Positions 25,991 through 38,622 of a stretch of 64,000 nucleotides of DNA are shown here, piece by piece. The notes under the pieces are model-generated. The model saw nothing but the letters and a program-made list of their open reading frames with translations. It made no database searches and had not been told where the DNA came from. The stretch is from Squalus acanthias (taxonomy: Eukaryota), in assembly GCA_030390025.1 (NCBI GenBank), contig CM059431.1, forward strand, positions 95,792,001 to 95,856,000, given 5' to 3'. The position numbers and the translations under genes were made by a program. How positions within the stretch are numbered: the first letter of the stretch is position 1; each line of letters begins with the position of its first letter.

Positions 25991-27419
25991 AGTAACCTGC
26001 CACACCACTCCCTGGACACTTCAGTAACTTCAAATCAGATAACAAACCACCAAACACTTCTACAAACTCATCAAGAGCCAGTAGAAATCAATCAGCAACT
26101 AAACCTGAAAACAGTTGATGATCCCTTTAAGTAGCGCTGTTGGGGTGTTCTTCCTGCTGCTGAACGCATGTTCAGCTGTGTGTGTTTAAGAGCGTTGGCT
26201 GGAGCGTTGAGGTCAAAAATGGCAGCGCTGACATCAAATCAGTGTTACACGCTGATTGACGTCATGGTCTGCGTACTCTGCATACCTCCAGGGCACGCTC
26301 CTAGCGCCTACGCTAATGCCCTACCCAAAAAGGCGTCCAGCGAGGCCTGCACCAGAAATGTGCACATGGCGCTGACGCCATTTTTGACCCAAAATGACAC
26401 TACAGAGCCGAATTTAGCAGCCAGAATGTATTACGTAACCCGAGAATGTGTTAGTTTCTGTGCTTTCAGCATGTAATAAACACTATGGATGGGCACAAGT
26501 GCCAGCCTTGCCCACATCCCAAGAACAAAAATATATATAAAAAATATCCCGGCCCTCACCCGAATGGTGAGTAAATCATGATACCCCAAACTCAAATGTC
26601 ATCATATACCCGACATGGAAGAGCAAAGCATCAGATAACCCAGGTGGATGAACAAAGGATCAGATACCCCAACACCATTCTGAAGAAATGTTGCCTGTTG
26701 TTCCTGTAGATATTGACTGACCTGCTGTTTTCGAGTATGTGTACTGTTGAAGTAATTTGCTTTTTACCTCCCTATAAAGGGACACTTTGATAAGTCATAT
26801 TGTGAACCTGCACCACATTAATTCCAAGTTCTAGGGAGGCGCAGCATGATGAGATGCCAGGCTCGACCTCCTGCCTCACAGGTTACTGGAGCGGCTGCCT
26901 ACAGATGACTAACAGCGACCCCAGCACAGCCGGAGTCTGGACAGGGGAAGGCAGAGCCTGTGGCAGATGCCGGATCCGCAGGGGGGGTGGGGGGGGGAGG
27001 GCACACGGGGCACTGAGGGGGGAGGACTGGGTTGCAACTTGTCCGGTTATCCGTCAACATCACCCCACCCCGCACAGCGGGGAGCTGGGACTTACCTAGA
27101 CATTGCGGCCTCACTGTCTCCAGGTGAGTTGCTTGGAATATCCCCACGCGCCGCTGTCTGTCGCCAGGTGCGTCCTTCACCTCCACGTGCTGCTTTATAA
27201 CGACTCGCTTTTTTCAAACATTGCACTGCTGCTGATAGCTTCCAATCACCGTCCACTTTTCAGTGACCTCATTATACCGCATGCGCACTGTGAGGCTGTG
27301 CCGATTTGAGAATGGGTGCTGCCATATTTCGCCAGGGCAAAAAAAATTTATTACTTTTGCCCGCAGATTGGTGGATCCTTTGAAATCTTCTTGCGAACCC
27401 CTGGTTGAGAACCCCTGCT

Positions 27420-30400
27420 CTAATGTACGCACAGTGCCAGTCTTTGAGCTGGTGGCTGCGACTGTAAGGTCGATTGACGATGTCGCTTCATTATCACTGT
27501 CTTTTTCCCCTTCCACCTCTAGCTGGGAAGGTTTCAGTTCTTGGGTATCTGAAATGAAAAAGAGGCAAATGTTGGGTTGTGGTGAGGGGAGAGAAGAAAG
27601 TAAGAAATTCGTGCTTACACCATCTGCAGAGATTGTAAGATGAGGGAGAAGGGAGAAGTGGGAAGAGAGAATGAAGATTAGGAATGCAGAGACCCTCATC
27701 ATCACTCCATCCAGCGCCGCCGGTGGCCATGGCCTCAGCAGTACCCCTCTTTTTAATTTGTTTCTGGGACGTGGGCATCGCTGGCAAGGCCAGCATTTAT
27801 TGCTCATCTCTAATTGCCCTAGAGAAGGTGGTGGTGAGCTGCCTTCTTGAACCGCTGCAGTCCGTGTGGTGAAGGTAGTCCCACAGTGCTGTTAGAGAGG
27901 GAGTATTTCCAGATTCTGACCCAGCGACGATGAAGGATCGGCGATATATTTCCAAGTCAGAATGGTGTGTGACTTGGAGGGGAACTTGGAGATGGTGCTG
28001 TTCCCATGCGCCTGCTGCCCTTGTCCTTTTAGGTGGTAGAGGTCGCAGGTGTGGGAGGTGCTGTCGAAGAAGCCTTCACAAGTTGCTGCAGTGCAACTTG
28101 TAGATGGTACACACTGCAGCCATGGTGCGCTGGTGATGGAGGGAGTGAATGTTTAAGGTGGTGGATGAGCAAGCGGGCTGATTTGTCCTGGATAGTGTCG
28201 CACTTCTTGAGTGTTGTTGGAGCTGCACTGGCAAGTGGAGAGTATTCCATCACACTTCTGACTTGTGCCTTGTAGATGGTGGAAAGGCTTTGGGGAGTCA
28301 GGAGGTGAGACACTCACCACAGAATATCTAGCCTCTGACCTGTTCTTGTGGGCACAGTATTTATGTGGCTGGTCCAGTTATGTTTCTGGTCAATGGTGAC
28401 CCCCAGAATGTTGATGGTGAAGGATTTGGCAATGGTAATGCCATTGAATGTCATGGGGAGGTGGTTAGACTTTCTCTTGTTGGAGAAAGTCATTGCCTGG
28501 CACTTGTGTCGTCCAGGTCTTGCTGCATGCGGGCATGGACTGCTGCATTATCTGAGGAGTTGCGAATGGAACTGAACACAGTGCAATGATCAACGAATAT
28601 CCTGACTTCTGACCTTATGATGGAGGGAAGGTCATTGATGAAGCAGCTGAAGATGGTTGGGCATAGGACACTGCCCTGAGGAACTCCTGCAGCGATGTCC
28701 TGTGGCTGAGATAATTGACCTCCAACAACCACAACCATCTTCCTTTGTGCTAGGTATGATTCTAGCCAGTGAAGAGTTTCCCCCCCGATTCCCATTGACT
28801 TCAGTTTTACTAGGGCTCCTTGATGCCACACTTGGTCAAATGCTACCTTGATGTCAAGGCCAGCCACTTCACCTCACCTCTGGGATTCAGCTTTTGTGTC
28901 CATGTTTAGACCAAGGCTGTAATGAGTTCTGGAGCTGAGTGGTCCCTGGCGGAACCAAAACTGAGCATCGGTGAGCAGGCTATTGGTGAGTAAGTGCCGC
29001 TTGATAGCACTGTCGATGACACCTTCCATCACTTTGCTGCTGTCCTGCTTTTTGTGGAAAGAAAATACCTGGGCAGTTTTACACATTGTCGGGTAGAAGC
29101 CAGTGTTGTAGCTGTACTGGAACAGCTTAGCTTGAGGCGCAGCTAGTTCTGGAGCACAGGACTTCAGCACGACAGCTGGGATGTTGGCCGGCGCCCATAG
29201 CCTTTGCTGTATCCAGTGCGTTTAGCCGTTTCTTGATATCACGTGGACTGAATCAAATTGGCTGAAGACTGGCTTCTGTGATGGTGGGGACCTCAGTTGG
29301 AGGCTGATATGGATCATCCACATGGCACTTCTGGAAGAAGATGGTTGCAAACGCTTCAGCCTTGTCTTTTGCACTCACACGCTGGGCTCCACCATCATTG
29401 AGGATGGGGATATTCTTGGAGCCTCCTCCTCCTGTTAGTTATTTAATTGTCCACCACCATTCACAACTAGATGTGGCAGGACTGCAGAGCTTTGATCTGC
29501 TCTGTTGATTGTGGGATCGCTTAGCTCTGTCTATAGAAGGCTGCTTTCTCTGTTAAGCATGCATGTAGTCCTGTGTTGCAGCTTCCCCAGGTTGGCACCT
29601 CATTTTTAGGTTCGCCTGGTGCTGCTCCTGGCATGGCTCTTGTGCACTCTTCATTGAACCAGGTTTGGTCCCAATTTTGAGCTGCTGGATCTGTTCTGAA
29701 TCTATCCCATTTAGCACAGTGGTAGTGCCACATAACATGATGGAGGGTGTCCTCAGTGTGAAGACGGGTCTTCGTCTCCACAAGGACTGTGCGGTGGTCA
29801 CTGCTAACACTGCTGTCATGGACAGATGCATCTGCGACAGGTAGATTAGTGAGGACGAGGTCAAGTAGGTTTTTCCCTCCTGTTGGTTCCCTCACCACCT
29901 GCTGCAGGTCCAGTCTGGCAGCTATGTCCTTCAGGACTCGGCCAGCTCGGTCAGTAGTGGTGCTACCGAGTCACTCTTGGTGATGGACATTGAAGTCCCT
30001 CACCCAGAGTACATTCGGTGCCCTTGCTACCCTCAGAGCTTCTTCCAAGTGGTGTTCAACATGGAGGAGTACTGATTCATCAGCTGAGGGAGGGCGATTG
30101 GTGATAATCAGCAGGAGGTTTCCTTGCCCATGCTTGACCTGAAGCCATGAGACTTCATGGGGTCCGGAGTCAATGTTGAGGACTCCCAGGGCCACTCCTT
30201 CCCGACTGTGTACCAGTGTGCCGCCACCTCTGGTGGGTCTGTCCTGCTGGTGGGACAGAACATACCCAGGGATGGTGATGGAGGAGTCTGGGACGTTGGC
30301 TGAAAGGTATGATTCTGTGAGTATGACTATGTCAGGCTGTTGCTTGACTAGTCTGTGTGACAGCTCTCCCAATTTTGGCAAAAGTCCCCAGATTTTAGCG

Positions 30401-31556
30401 AGGAGGACGTTGCAGGGTCGACAGGTCCGGGTGTGCCATTGTCGTGTCAAAGCCGGTGCCGAGGTCGATGCCGGGTGGTACATCTGGTTTTATTCTTATT
30501 ATTGTTTTTCGTAGCAGTTTGTTACAATTGAGTGGCTTGCTAGGCCATTTCAGAGGGCAGTTAAGAGTCAACCATATTACTGTGGGTCTGGAGTCACATA
30601 TAGGCCAGACCATGTAAGGATGGCAGATTTCCTTCCCTAAAGGACATTAGTGAACCATGATGGTCAGCACTGTCTCCTCCATGGGGGTTAAAATGTGCAG
30701 GCGCGCTTTTCCAGTTTCTTGCTGCTGATATGCACCATGTTCTCCTGCAAGAAAGATGCAAGTGTGTCAGTGAGTGTCCTGAAATATGTTTGGGTGATAT
30801 GGCTGTCATGGTTGAACAGCTGCCCGTGTGTGTGAGCTGTAAGTTGTGGGTGTGAGGCTTGCAACGGTGCTAAGTGTGTGAGGGTGAGGTAAAGCATATG
30901 AATTGAAGGGTTGAGTACTGATTGATAGAGACTGTTGGTAGATGGGTGATGGGGGTGTAGTGAATTGAACAGTAGATGAAGCTAGTGGTGCAGTTGGTAG
31001 GATATGCCATTTGAAGATTGAACTTGGTAACTCGTGCCGAATCATTTAACTTCTTCCTGCACTGCATCTATGTTCTTGGAGCTATACTTCTGGCATTGAC
31101 CTCAGCCAAGCTTCCTCCCACTGCTTCCTGACCACAGTCTCGAGGACCTCCTGCCCCACTACGGATACAGAATGTCCCCCCCTTCTCTCCACCTCCTGTA
31201 CCAAGGCCTGCAGTGAATTATCATAAAACCTTGATGCCCAATCTCTCGCATTCCTCAAAGTATCACAGCACAGACTCAATTCACAAACAACTCCCACCAC
31301 TTCTTGCAGCCACAATACACCTCAACTTTAAGAGAGGTGCAGCCTGCCTTTAAGTAGAGCTAGCCACTCGTGAATCTGGTCTCCTGCTGATGCGGCAACC
31401 AATGAACAGTGCAGGTAGCGTTGGCTGCAAGCAGTAATCATGTAAAACAGCAGGCAGCACGAATTTAACGTGCTGCCTGCAATGCAATGAATGGGTATGT
31501 GTTAATCGCATACCACGATTCACGCCCCGTTTTCGGGGTTATCCAATTTAACCCCC
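27420..31556 (-). mobile_element. Third Harbinger relic (Myb-like gene only), split by a family B LINE
   Basis: QCRKKLND motif at about 31040-31067; exon remnants at about 30660-30745, 27690-27748 and 27420-27548; TIR-like caatttaaccccc at about 31544-31556. Confidence 0.6.
27751..30657 (-). mobile_element. Family B CR1/Jockey-group LINE, near full length (leader, EN, RT, tail), decayed
   Basis: PDIVILTESYL, RGGG, DFNVHH, LDLVLTN, SDH, GVPQGSVL motifs; same 3' end as 4351. Confidence 0.88.
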
Positions 31557-31976
31557 TTAGTGTCATCTGCAAACTTGGATATACAACTCTCTCTTACTTC
31601 AATCAAGACTTTAATAAATATGGTGAAAAGTTGAGGCCCCAGAGCAGATCCCTGGGGAACACCACTTGTCACATCCTGCCAATCAGAGAACCTACCCTTT
31701 ATCCCCACTCTATGGGCTGGATTTTGATACTGGGGTGGGTTGGGGTCGTGTCATCCGCTTTTCGTGTTATCCACCCGACTGCAATTGGATGTGGGAGATT
31801 GATGCAATTTTCACCTAATTGGGCAATTGAGTTCCAGCATGTGGGAACCCATGACCCAATTAGTGGTTTCAGTCTGAAAGTCGCCTCTGATAATGTCATC
31901 ATTGCTGCTGCACTGAAGGTCAGAGACTGCCTGGCCTTTGCTGTGAGAGGACCTGGATTCAAAATGAGCAGCAGCT

Positions 31977-32015
<39 letters not shown>

Positions 32016-32570
32016 TATAATTCATTTTGCATCCAGGTCCTCTCACAGCAAAGGCCAGGCAGTCTCTGAAGACCTTCAATGCAGCAGCATCAGAGGCGAC
32101 TTTCAGACCTAATACTACTACTACCTTCATCACATCTCCGTTGTAATAGTGGACCTGTAGCTGATAGTCAGCTATCCAAATGTGCTCCCGCCAGGTTTCA
32201 CAATCGTGGTTCAGAACAGGCGTGCTTCACGTAGATCAAGGGTTAAAATCACAAAGGCCTTTCAAAATGGCATTATAGAGGCAATTTAGTGCTTGTTAAG
32301 GGCCTTAACAGCCTATCTTAAAGGCGGGACGGAGTCGGGACCAGCAGACACAATTTAATGAAAATTGCGTGGAGGCGGGATGGAGGCGGACTTGTGCCCG
32401 CCCGCCAGTTTTCGCAATTTTAACCCCCCACACGCCTCCAAACCCGCCTCCACGGGTCAATGAAAATCCAGCCCTCTATCTCCGATCTACCAACCAATTT
32501 CCAACCTAAGTCAAAAGGCTACCTCCAATTGCATGTGCTCATTTCTGTTAATAATCTCTTTTGTGGAATC
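31557..32570 (-). mobile_element. CR1 RT fragment interrupted by a MITE
   Basis: VTSGVPQGSALGPQLFTIFI...KFADDT. Confidence 0.75.
31714..32474 (+). mobile_element. Harbinger-type MITE, family M1
   Basis: TIR gggctggatttt/aaaatccagccc; tat/tct TSD; central inverted repeat around (GA)n. Confidence 0.88.
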
Positions 32571-32708
32571 ATATAAACAAAGGAATTACAGTATAGGAGG
32601 CCACTCGGTACATCGCGTTTGTGCCAGCGCTAGCTGTTGAACTGAAGTTGTCAATTTTAATCCCAATTCCCTCCGCTTACCCTGTATCCATTTTTTACTC
32701 TTCCTGTT

Positions 32709-32945
32709 CAGGTGGATGAAAGATCTCATGACACAATGCAAAAAAGAGCTAGGAGTTCACCTGATATCCTCATCAACATTCCTCCCTCAAACAACACCAC
32801 CAAAAACAGATTATCTGGTCTTTGTTCATTTGCGGTTTGTGGGATTTTGCTGTGTGCAAATTGGCTACCATGGTTAACTATATAACAACAGTGACTGCAC
32901 TTCACAATTAATTCATTGGTTGTGAAGTACTTTAGGATGACATGA
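32709..32945 (+). mobile_element. Degraded DeuSINE 3' half
   Basis: Similar to the reverse complement of 23400-23640. Confidence 0.65.
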
Positions 32946-33254
32946 AAATTTGATAAGGTAGACTTTTACACTGACGGTAGTTACACGGAGCAACATGTCC
33001 TCACCTACTTTTAATAATACATTACAGTTTTACCAGCAGAAGTTGCCAAACTTACATCAGTATCATCCAGTGCCAGCAGCACAATATAGTATTTGTGGGA
33101 CTGGCAGGCAAACAAAAAAATCTTAGGTTATCAGCAGTGCCAAGAGTGTGATGTGATGGCCTTGTCAGCGGCTGCAATTATCCCGACCAGCCTGCCGATT
33201 TGTTAGTTGGTACAATGCTCACTATTGAGATGGGAGTGGTGGAGATCTACCCAA

Positions 33255-34251
33255 CATCTCAGCCCCAGGACATTGCTGCAGGAGTTCCTAAGCCCAACCA
33301 TCTTCAATTGCTTCATCAATGACCTTCCCTTCATCATAAGGTCAGAAGCGGGGAACTTTGCTGATGATTGCACAGTGTTCAGTTCCATTCGCAACACCTC
33401 AAATAATAAAGCAGTCTGTGCCCACATGCAGCAAGACCTGGACAAAATTCAGGCTTGGGCTGTAAAGTGGCAAATAACATTTGCGCCACACAATTGCCAG
33501 GCAATGACCATCTCCAACAAGAGAAAGTCTAACCACCTCCCTATGACATTCAATGGCATTACCATCGTCGAATCCTCCACCGTCAACATCCTCGGGGGTC
33601 ACCATTGACCAGAAACTCAACTGGACCAGCCACATAAATACTGTGATTACAAGAGCAGGTCAGAGGCTCGGTATTCTGCGGTGAGTGATTCACCTCCCGA
33701 CTCCCCAAACACTTTCCATCATCTACAAGGCACAAGTAAGGAGTGTGATGGAATACTCTCCACTTGTCTGGATGAGTGCAGCTCCAACAACACTCCTTGA
33801 CACCATCCAGGACAAAGCAGCCTGCTTGATTGGCACCCCATCCACCATCTTAAACATTCACTCCCTCCACCACCAGTGCACCATAGCTGCAGTGTGCACC
33901 ATCTACAAGATGCACTGCAGCAACTCACCAAGACTTCTTTGACAGCACCTGCCAAACCTACGACCTCTACCACCTAGAAGAATAAGGGCAGAAGGCGCAT
34001 GGGAACAGCACCACCTCCAAGTTCCCCTCCAAGTCACACACCATCCTGACTTAGAAGTATATCACCGTTCCTTCATCGTCACTGGGTCAAAATCCTGGAA
34101 CTCCCTACCTAACAGCACTGTGGAAGTACCTTCACCACACGACTGCAGTGGTTCAAGAAGGCGGCTCACCGCCACCTTCTCAAGGGCACTTAGGGATGGG
34201 CAATAAATGCTGGCCTTGCCAGCGATGCCGATGTCCCGTGAATGAATAAAA
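33255..34251 (+). mobile_element. Family B LINE 3' fragment
   Basis: FNCFINDLP, FADD, YKAQVRSVMEY motifs; tail gggcaataaatgctggccttgccagcg...aataaaaa. Confidence 0.88.
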
Positions 34252-35159
34252 ACTCTGGGTGCCCAAAAATTCAGTTGGTGCAGTTACCAGAAACTTGGGG
34301 AGATGCTAGCAGATATATCAATGTTGTATTAGGTCAGCACATGAACTTCTCAAACAAAGTTCAGACTTTAACAAGCCTCATTTAAAGTCACACCATCAGC
34401 AGCTGATGTTCACTGGCCCATCCATGGCCCAACACAATACACCAACATGTCAATCAGAAATTTCTATTAAATGTACATGGCATGAATCTAAATTTACAGC
34501 TTCGGGCTGTCACCAGGTGCTTTGGAGGAAATGCAGATGTAAAAAGCATAACGGTGTCACATAAACACATGCACTGCAGTACACACCAAACAGTACACAA
34601 CACAAAACATGACATGTGATATCATGGATACATGCAAAGCTACTACACATCAGGATTGGCCAACAAAATATTGGGACAAATTTCGCAAGGAGTTGCAAGT
34701 GTGTGGTGGAGGGGGGAATAATACCATACATCTTATTCTACGACCTATGCCTGCCATTAGTGAATAGCCTGCTCACCTTTCAGACCTAGATTTTCCAATG
34801 CTGTTATCTTAATGACACCATTAAAATAAATGGGTTATTGCCAACGCTCAAATAATGCTGGTCAGAAAATCAAGGCTGCACTCCCAGTGGCATTGCGATT
34901 TTGTAAAAAAATCCCCTAATGACATTTTCTACCATGCTGTTTATTTTTCAAATGTAAACTGCTGCTACTAATGTCCTGATGTTGCTTGTTGTTGTCCTAC
35001 CACTCACCCTCCATCCTGCCCCACCAATCATAGTTGCATTGTTCCTTTCAGGCTCTGTGCTTATCTTCATTCAGGACCTGGGAGTGAGATCGCATACTGT
35101 TGGAGTGACAGCTGGAAAGATCCCAACCTGGTACAGATGTGACCCGTCTCAGATAGATT

Positions 35160-35326
35160 TGTAGAATCTTACAGCACAGAAGGAGGCCATTTGACCCATC
35201 ATGCTTGTGCCGGCTCTTTGAAAGAGCTATCGAATTAGTCCCACTCCCCTACTCTTTCCCCATAGCCCTACAATTTTCTCCCCTTCAAGTATTTATCCAA
35301 TTTCCTTGTGACAGTTACTATTGAAT
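35160..35326 (-). mobile_element. CR1 3' tail fragment
   Basis: Reverse complement of atgggtcaaatggcctccttctgtgctgtaagattcta. Confidence 0.7.
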
Positions 35327-35598
35327 TAAAATGGTGTTGAGATTATACAGAGTACTAACTGTTAAAAGTTTGTGACAACTGTAAATTTAAAAACATGTTT
35401 ATTCCTAGACTGTTAATTGATAAATATTGGCCATTTTTCCTTCTAATCTTTTTTCAAACAAAATGTGGCCAGGCCTGATTTTGACATATTAGTCCTTTAA
35501 ATCTGGGCTCAAGTACAAGACCACGCAGTTAACTCAGCCTTTCAATTCTTCTGAATGTGGGATCAGTGTTTTCAGATGAAAACTGCATTTGGAGTTAA

Positions 35599-37616
35599 AT
35601 GGCCTTGATGCTGAATCAGCTATCGCCTGTTACTGAGAATGATGAACAGACTTCCTCCCAAAGGAAGAAGAGATCACTAACCAATTGGGTAGTGGTAGGA
35701 GTGGTGTTTAATAGCTTAGACATTGAAAATCAATACTATGATCAAGCTAGATTAATAACACAATTGAAGAAATTATTAACTGAAGAAAATAAAAGAGAGA
35801 AGAGGTTGATGGAAAGCATCTTATCATTTAAAGAGATAATGGGGTAATGAATTTAACTAAGAATAAGATAAACAAGATAATTAACAACAAAAATATCATA
35901 TCCTCTAATGGCCTGTAGTTTGTATGTGTCCTATTGGGAAGGCATGATAGATGAAGGGTTAAAAGATATGTTTGAAGGGAATTTACCCAATTCGATCCCT
36001 GAGTAATTACAAAAGTAGGTACCAGAAGATTTTGGGCTGTATTTTCCGATCCCTACGGGTGTGTACAAGCTGTGTACGCACCCATAGGGACCTCGAAACT
36101 GCGAAGTGCATGCGCTGAAAACCGACACTTCCGATCTGTCAAGAATGCTCTTGACAGATCGGACGCCTGCCCTGGAGAAGGGCCTCTGCAGGTGGAGAGT
36201 TCCGCTTTCTGCAGAACCTCCGCCCGCTGAAATCCCTTAAAAATCTTACGCCTGGTAAAAGCAGGCGTAAGGCCTGCTTTTGCCAGCATAAGAATTTTAA
36301 AAAGTAGAAAAATATTTTTTTTTCCACTCATTTATAATTTTAAAATACTTTTAAAAAAGGTAAGTTTATTTTTAGCCCCGTAAAAAACATGATTTAAAAA
36401 AAGAATTATTTAATGTTTTAATGTGTTTTTTCAGTGATCTCCATTCATACTTTTGACAGGTCTAAGCTGTCAAAAGTATGAAGGGGGATTCCCATCTCCC
36501 ATTGGCTCCCCATGGCCCACGTGATCCCAGGGACGCTTGCGAACCGCATGTGCCCCTGGGATACCTGGGCCCTGCGCATTTTGTAGAGCAGAGGCCCAGG
36601 ATTGGAAATGGCCGGACCTCTGGAGCCCTCGGGTAAGGGCGTAGATTTTTTCCAGATTGGAGGCCTCCGCACGCAGGAAGCCTCCGATCGGAAAATACGG
36701 GCAAATGTCTGTTTAGTAAGAAGTTTCGCTCAAACCCATGTAATGGAGGTATCGTGTAATTGCACATCAAAACCAGGTATTAGTGGGGTCCTATTCAAAA
36801 TACCCAGGTTTGAGACAAGTGAAGGGGCAAAACTTTATAAAATTGAATCGATTGGGCAGGTAGAAAATGGAAACCTAAAAGAATATATGAGCCCTCCAGG
36901 ATATCTAACAAAGGGGGACAGATGGAATGCGATAGATTTAAGTTTGTGCAGATGCAGGGGAGACAGGTGGGCATGCGAGTATAATGTCACTTGAAACCAA
37001 GCTTGTGGATACACTCTAGAAGATGAGTCGCCTTTGTGTGATATACAGATAACATCATAATGGATGAACATAGCCTATAATGGAAAGGGAGAATATTGTT
37101 TTACCACCTCAGAAAACGACTTCTATCATGGGGGAAAGAGGTGCGCACTGACACAAGGGTGTATCAGGCCAACACAAGTTACAAATAGGAGGGCAGTACG
37201 AATTCCTAATAAGAGGACATAACATTATGACTATACAACTACATGGCGACTTACAGAAAGAAGCATTGGAAGTAATTGCTAAGTTTGGGCACCCCATACC
37301 ATCATTAACTTTTAGTTTATACTCCATTCTCCAATGAGGGGTTACATCACAAAAACATCTGGTAAAAATATATCAGGATAATAAAGATATCGAGAAAGGT
37401 ACTAGAGTGTTGCGAGATCACTCATGATGGCAGACCGCATACAATGCTGGTCAATCACCAAGGGTGCGATTAATGTCAAACGCTTTTGTTATTATCCAGA
37501 TGATAATGATGTGTGGTCTGTTTGTGCTAATATGCATAAAACGGAGGGTGATTAAACGTATGCAAAAGAAAGCGGATCATCTAGAGTTAGCTCAATTACT
37601 AACAGAAAGAAAGTGA
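35599..37616 (+). pseudogene. Endogenous viral class I fusion glycoprotein (Env TM/F1-like; spuma-like or lokiretrovirus-like), disrupted
   Basis: RKKR furin site at 35662-35673 then SLTNWVVVGVVFNSLDIE; helical heptad region; frame stays continuous when MITE 36034-36703 is removed (VPEDF-NVCLVRSF); Cys-rich domain; TM AFVIIQMIMMCGLFVLICI at 37482-37538; KRRVIKRMQKK tail; stop at 37614-37616; several internal stops and frameshifts. Confidence 0.78.
36034..36703. mobile_element. Harbinger-type MITE inserted in the env-like gene
   Basis: TIR gggctgtattttccgatc / gatcggaaaatacgggca; AT-rich centre. Confidence 0.8.
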
Positions 37617-37879
37617 GGAATCAGAAATTAGATTTCTTTTCTCTCAAGGAGAATTGGATTGGAACAGTGGGGACACTGCTAGAATATAATTCCCTTTATT
37701 ACCTTTCAGTATTAATCGGTGCTAGATTGCAGTTTAGTATTAAGTTTTGTTAGCTTTTTAATTCTCCTCTTTAGAATTAATGATAAGTTGATGTTGAAAC
37801 TAGGTTTCTTACAGCTAGAACTATTGTTATCTTCAAGGTCCAGAAGATGAGTCATGAGCTGCAAAAACAGAAACCCATT

Positions 37880-38622
37880 GGGCTAGAAATTCAGTGTATT
37901 TGCGCCTCTCATTATCACCCCTGGGGCGCAAACGACTTTTTGCCCGGCCGCTGCACCGTGAACAACTCCTGCTAAATTCAGCGGGGGTTTAGCGATGGGG
38001 TTAACCGGTAGCATCCCGTTCCGTTGCACAGGCAATGACGACGTCATCACCGTGCACAGAGCTTCGTTTTCACCCCGCCTGCAAAATTGGCCTGCGCCCC
38101 CTGAATCTGCGCCGGGCGATGACAGCGACCGATTCAGGGGGCGGGAACGGAGCGGCAGGAGGCTCATGGGGCACTAAGAAAAGGGGAGGTGGCGGGCGGG
38201 GGAAAAAAATCGGCCAACTTACTTGTCGCGGCACGTTGTGTCTTTCAACGCGGAGTCCATGCTGCGATCTGGCAGCCTGGCACTCCTCTTGAGTGCCGGG
38301 CTGCTGGCACGGCACCCCGCTCCCTGGTGGTCCAGGTAGGGCCCCGCAGACTTGTGGGCTTGGGCCCTCCCCTTTAATGAGGGGAAGTGCCCTTCCATGC
38401 GGCAGCGCTACGTGGCCCAGTGCGTAGCGCTGCAGAACGCACCGCCCCGATATTCGGGGCTAGTGCTTGAAGAAGGAAGTGGAGCGCTTGTATTAGTGCT
38501 CCACCTCCCTCTTGGGGCGCTAAAACTGAAGTTAGCAATTGCCGGCGCTATTTTTTGCCGGGCGCTAAATTTAGAGCCATGATGTTAGCGACATAAAATG
38601 GTCGCTAACGAATTTTCCCCCC
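37880..38622. mobile_element. CpG-rich Harbinger-type MITE
   Basis: TIR gggctagaaattc / gaattttcccccc; ATT TSD on both sides. Confidence 0.85.

Larger units (their letters stand above)
18402..26422 (-). mobile_element. Second, older Harbinger transposon containing CR1, SINE and MITE insertions; ends approximate
   Basis: Degenerate termini (gctaaaaattcg / cgaatttagc); convergent Myb-like gene (plus) and transposase (minus). Confidence 0.7.

Noticed and set aside
26678..26750. Additional Penelope hammerhead remnant (ttctgaa-gaaatgtt...gacctgctg)
   Set aside because: It resembles family P2, but stem II is absent and the similarity is too decayed to call.
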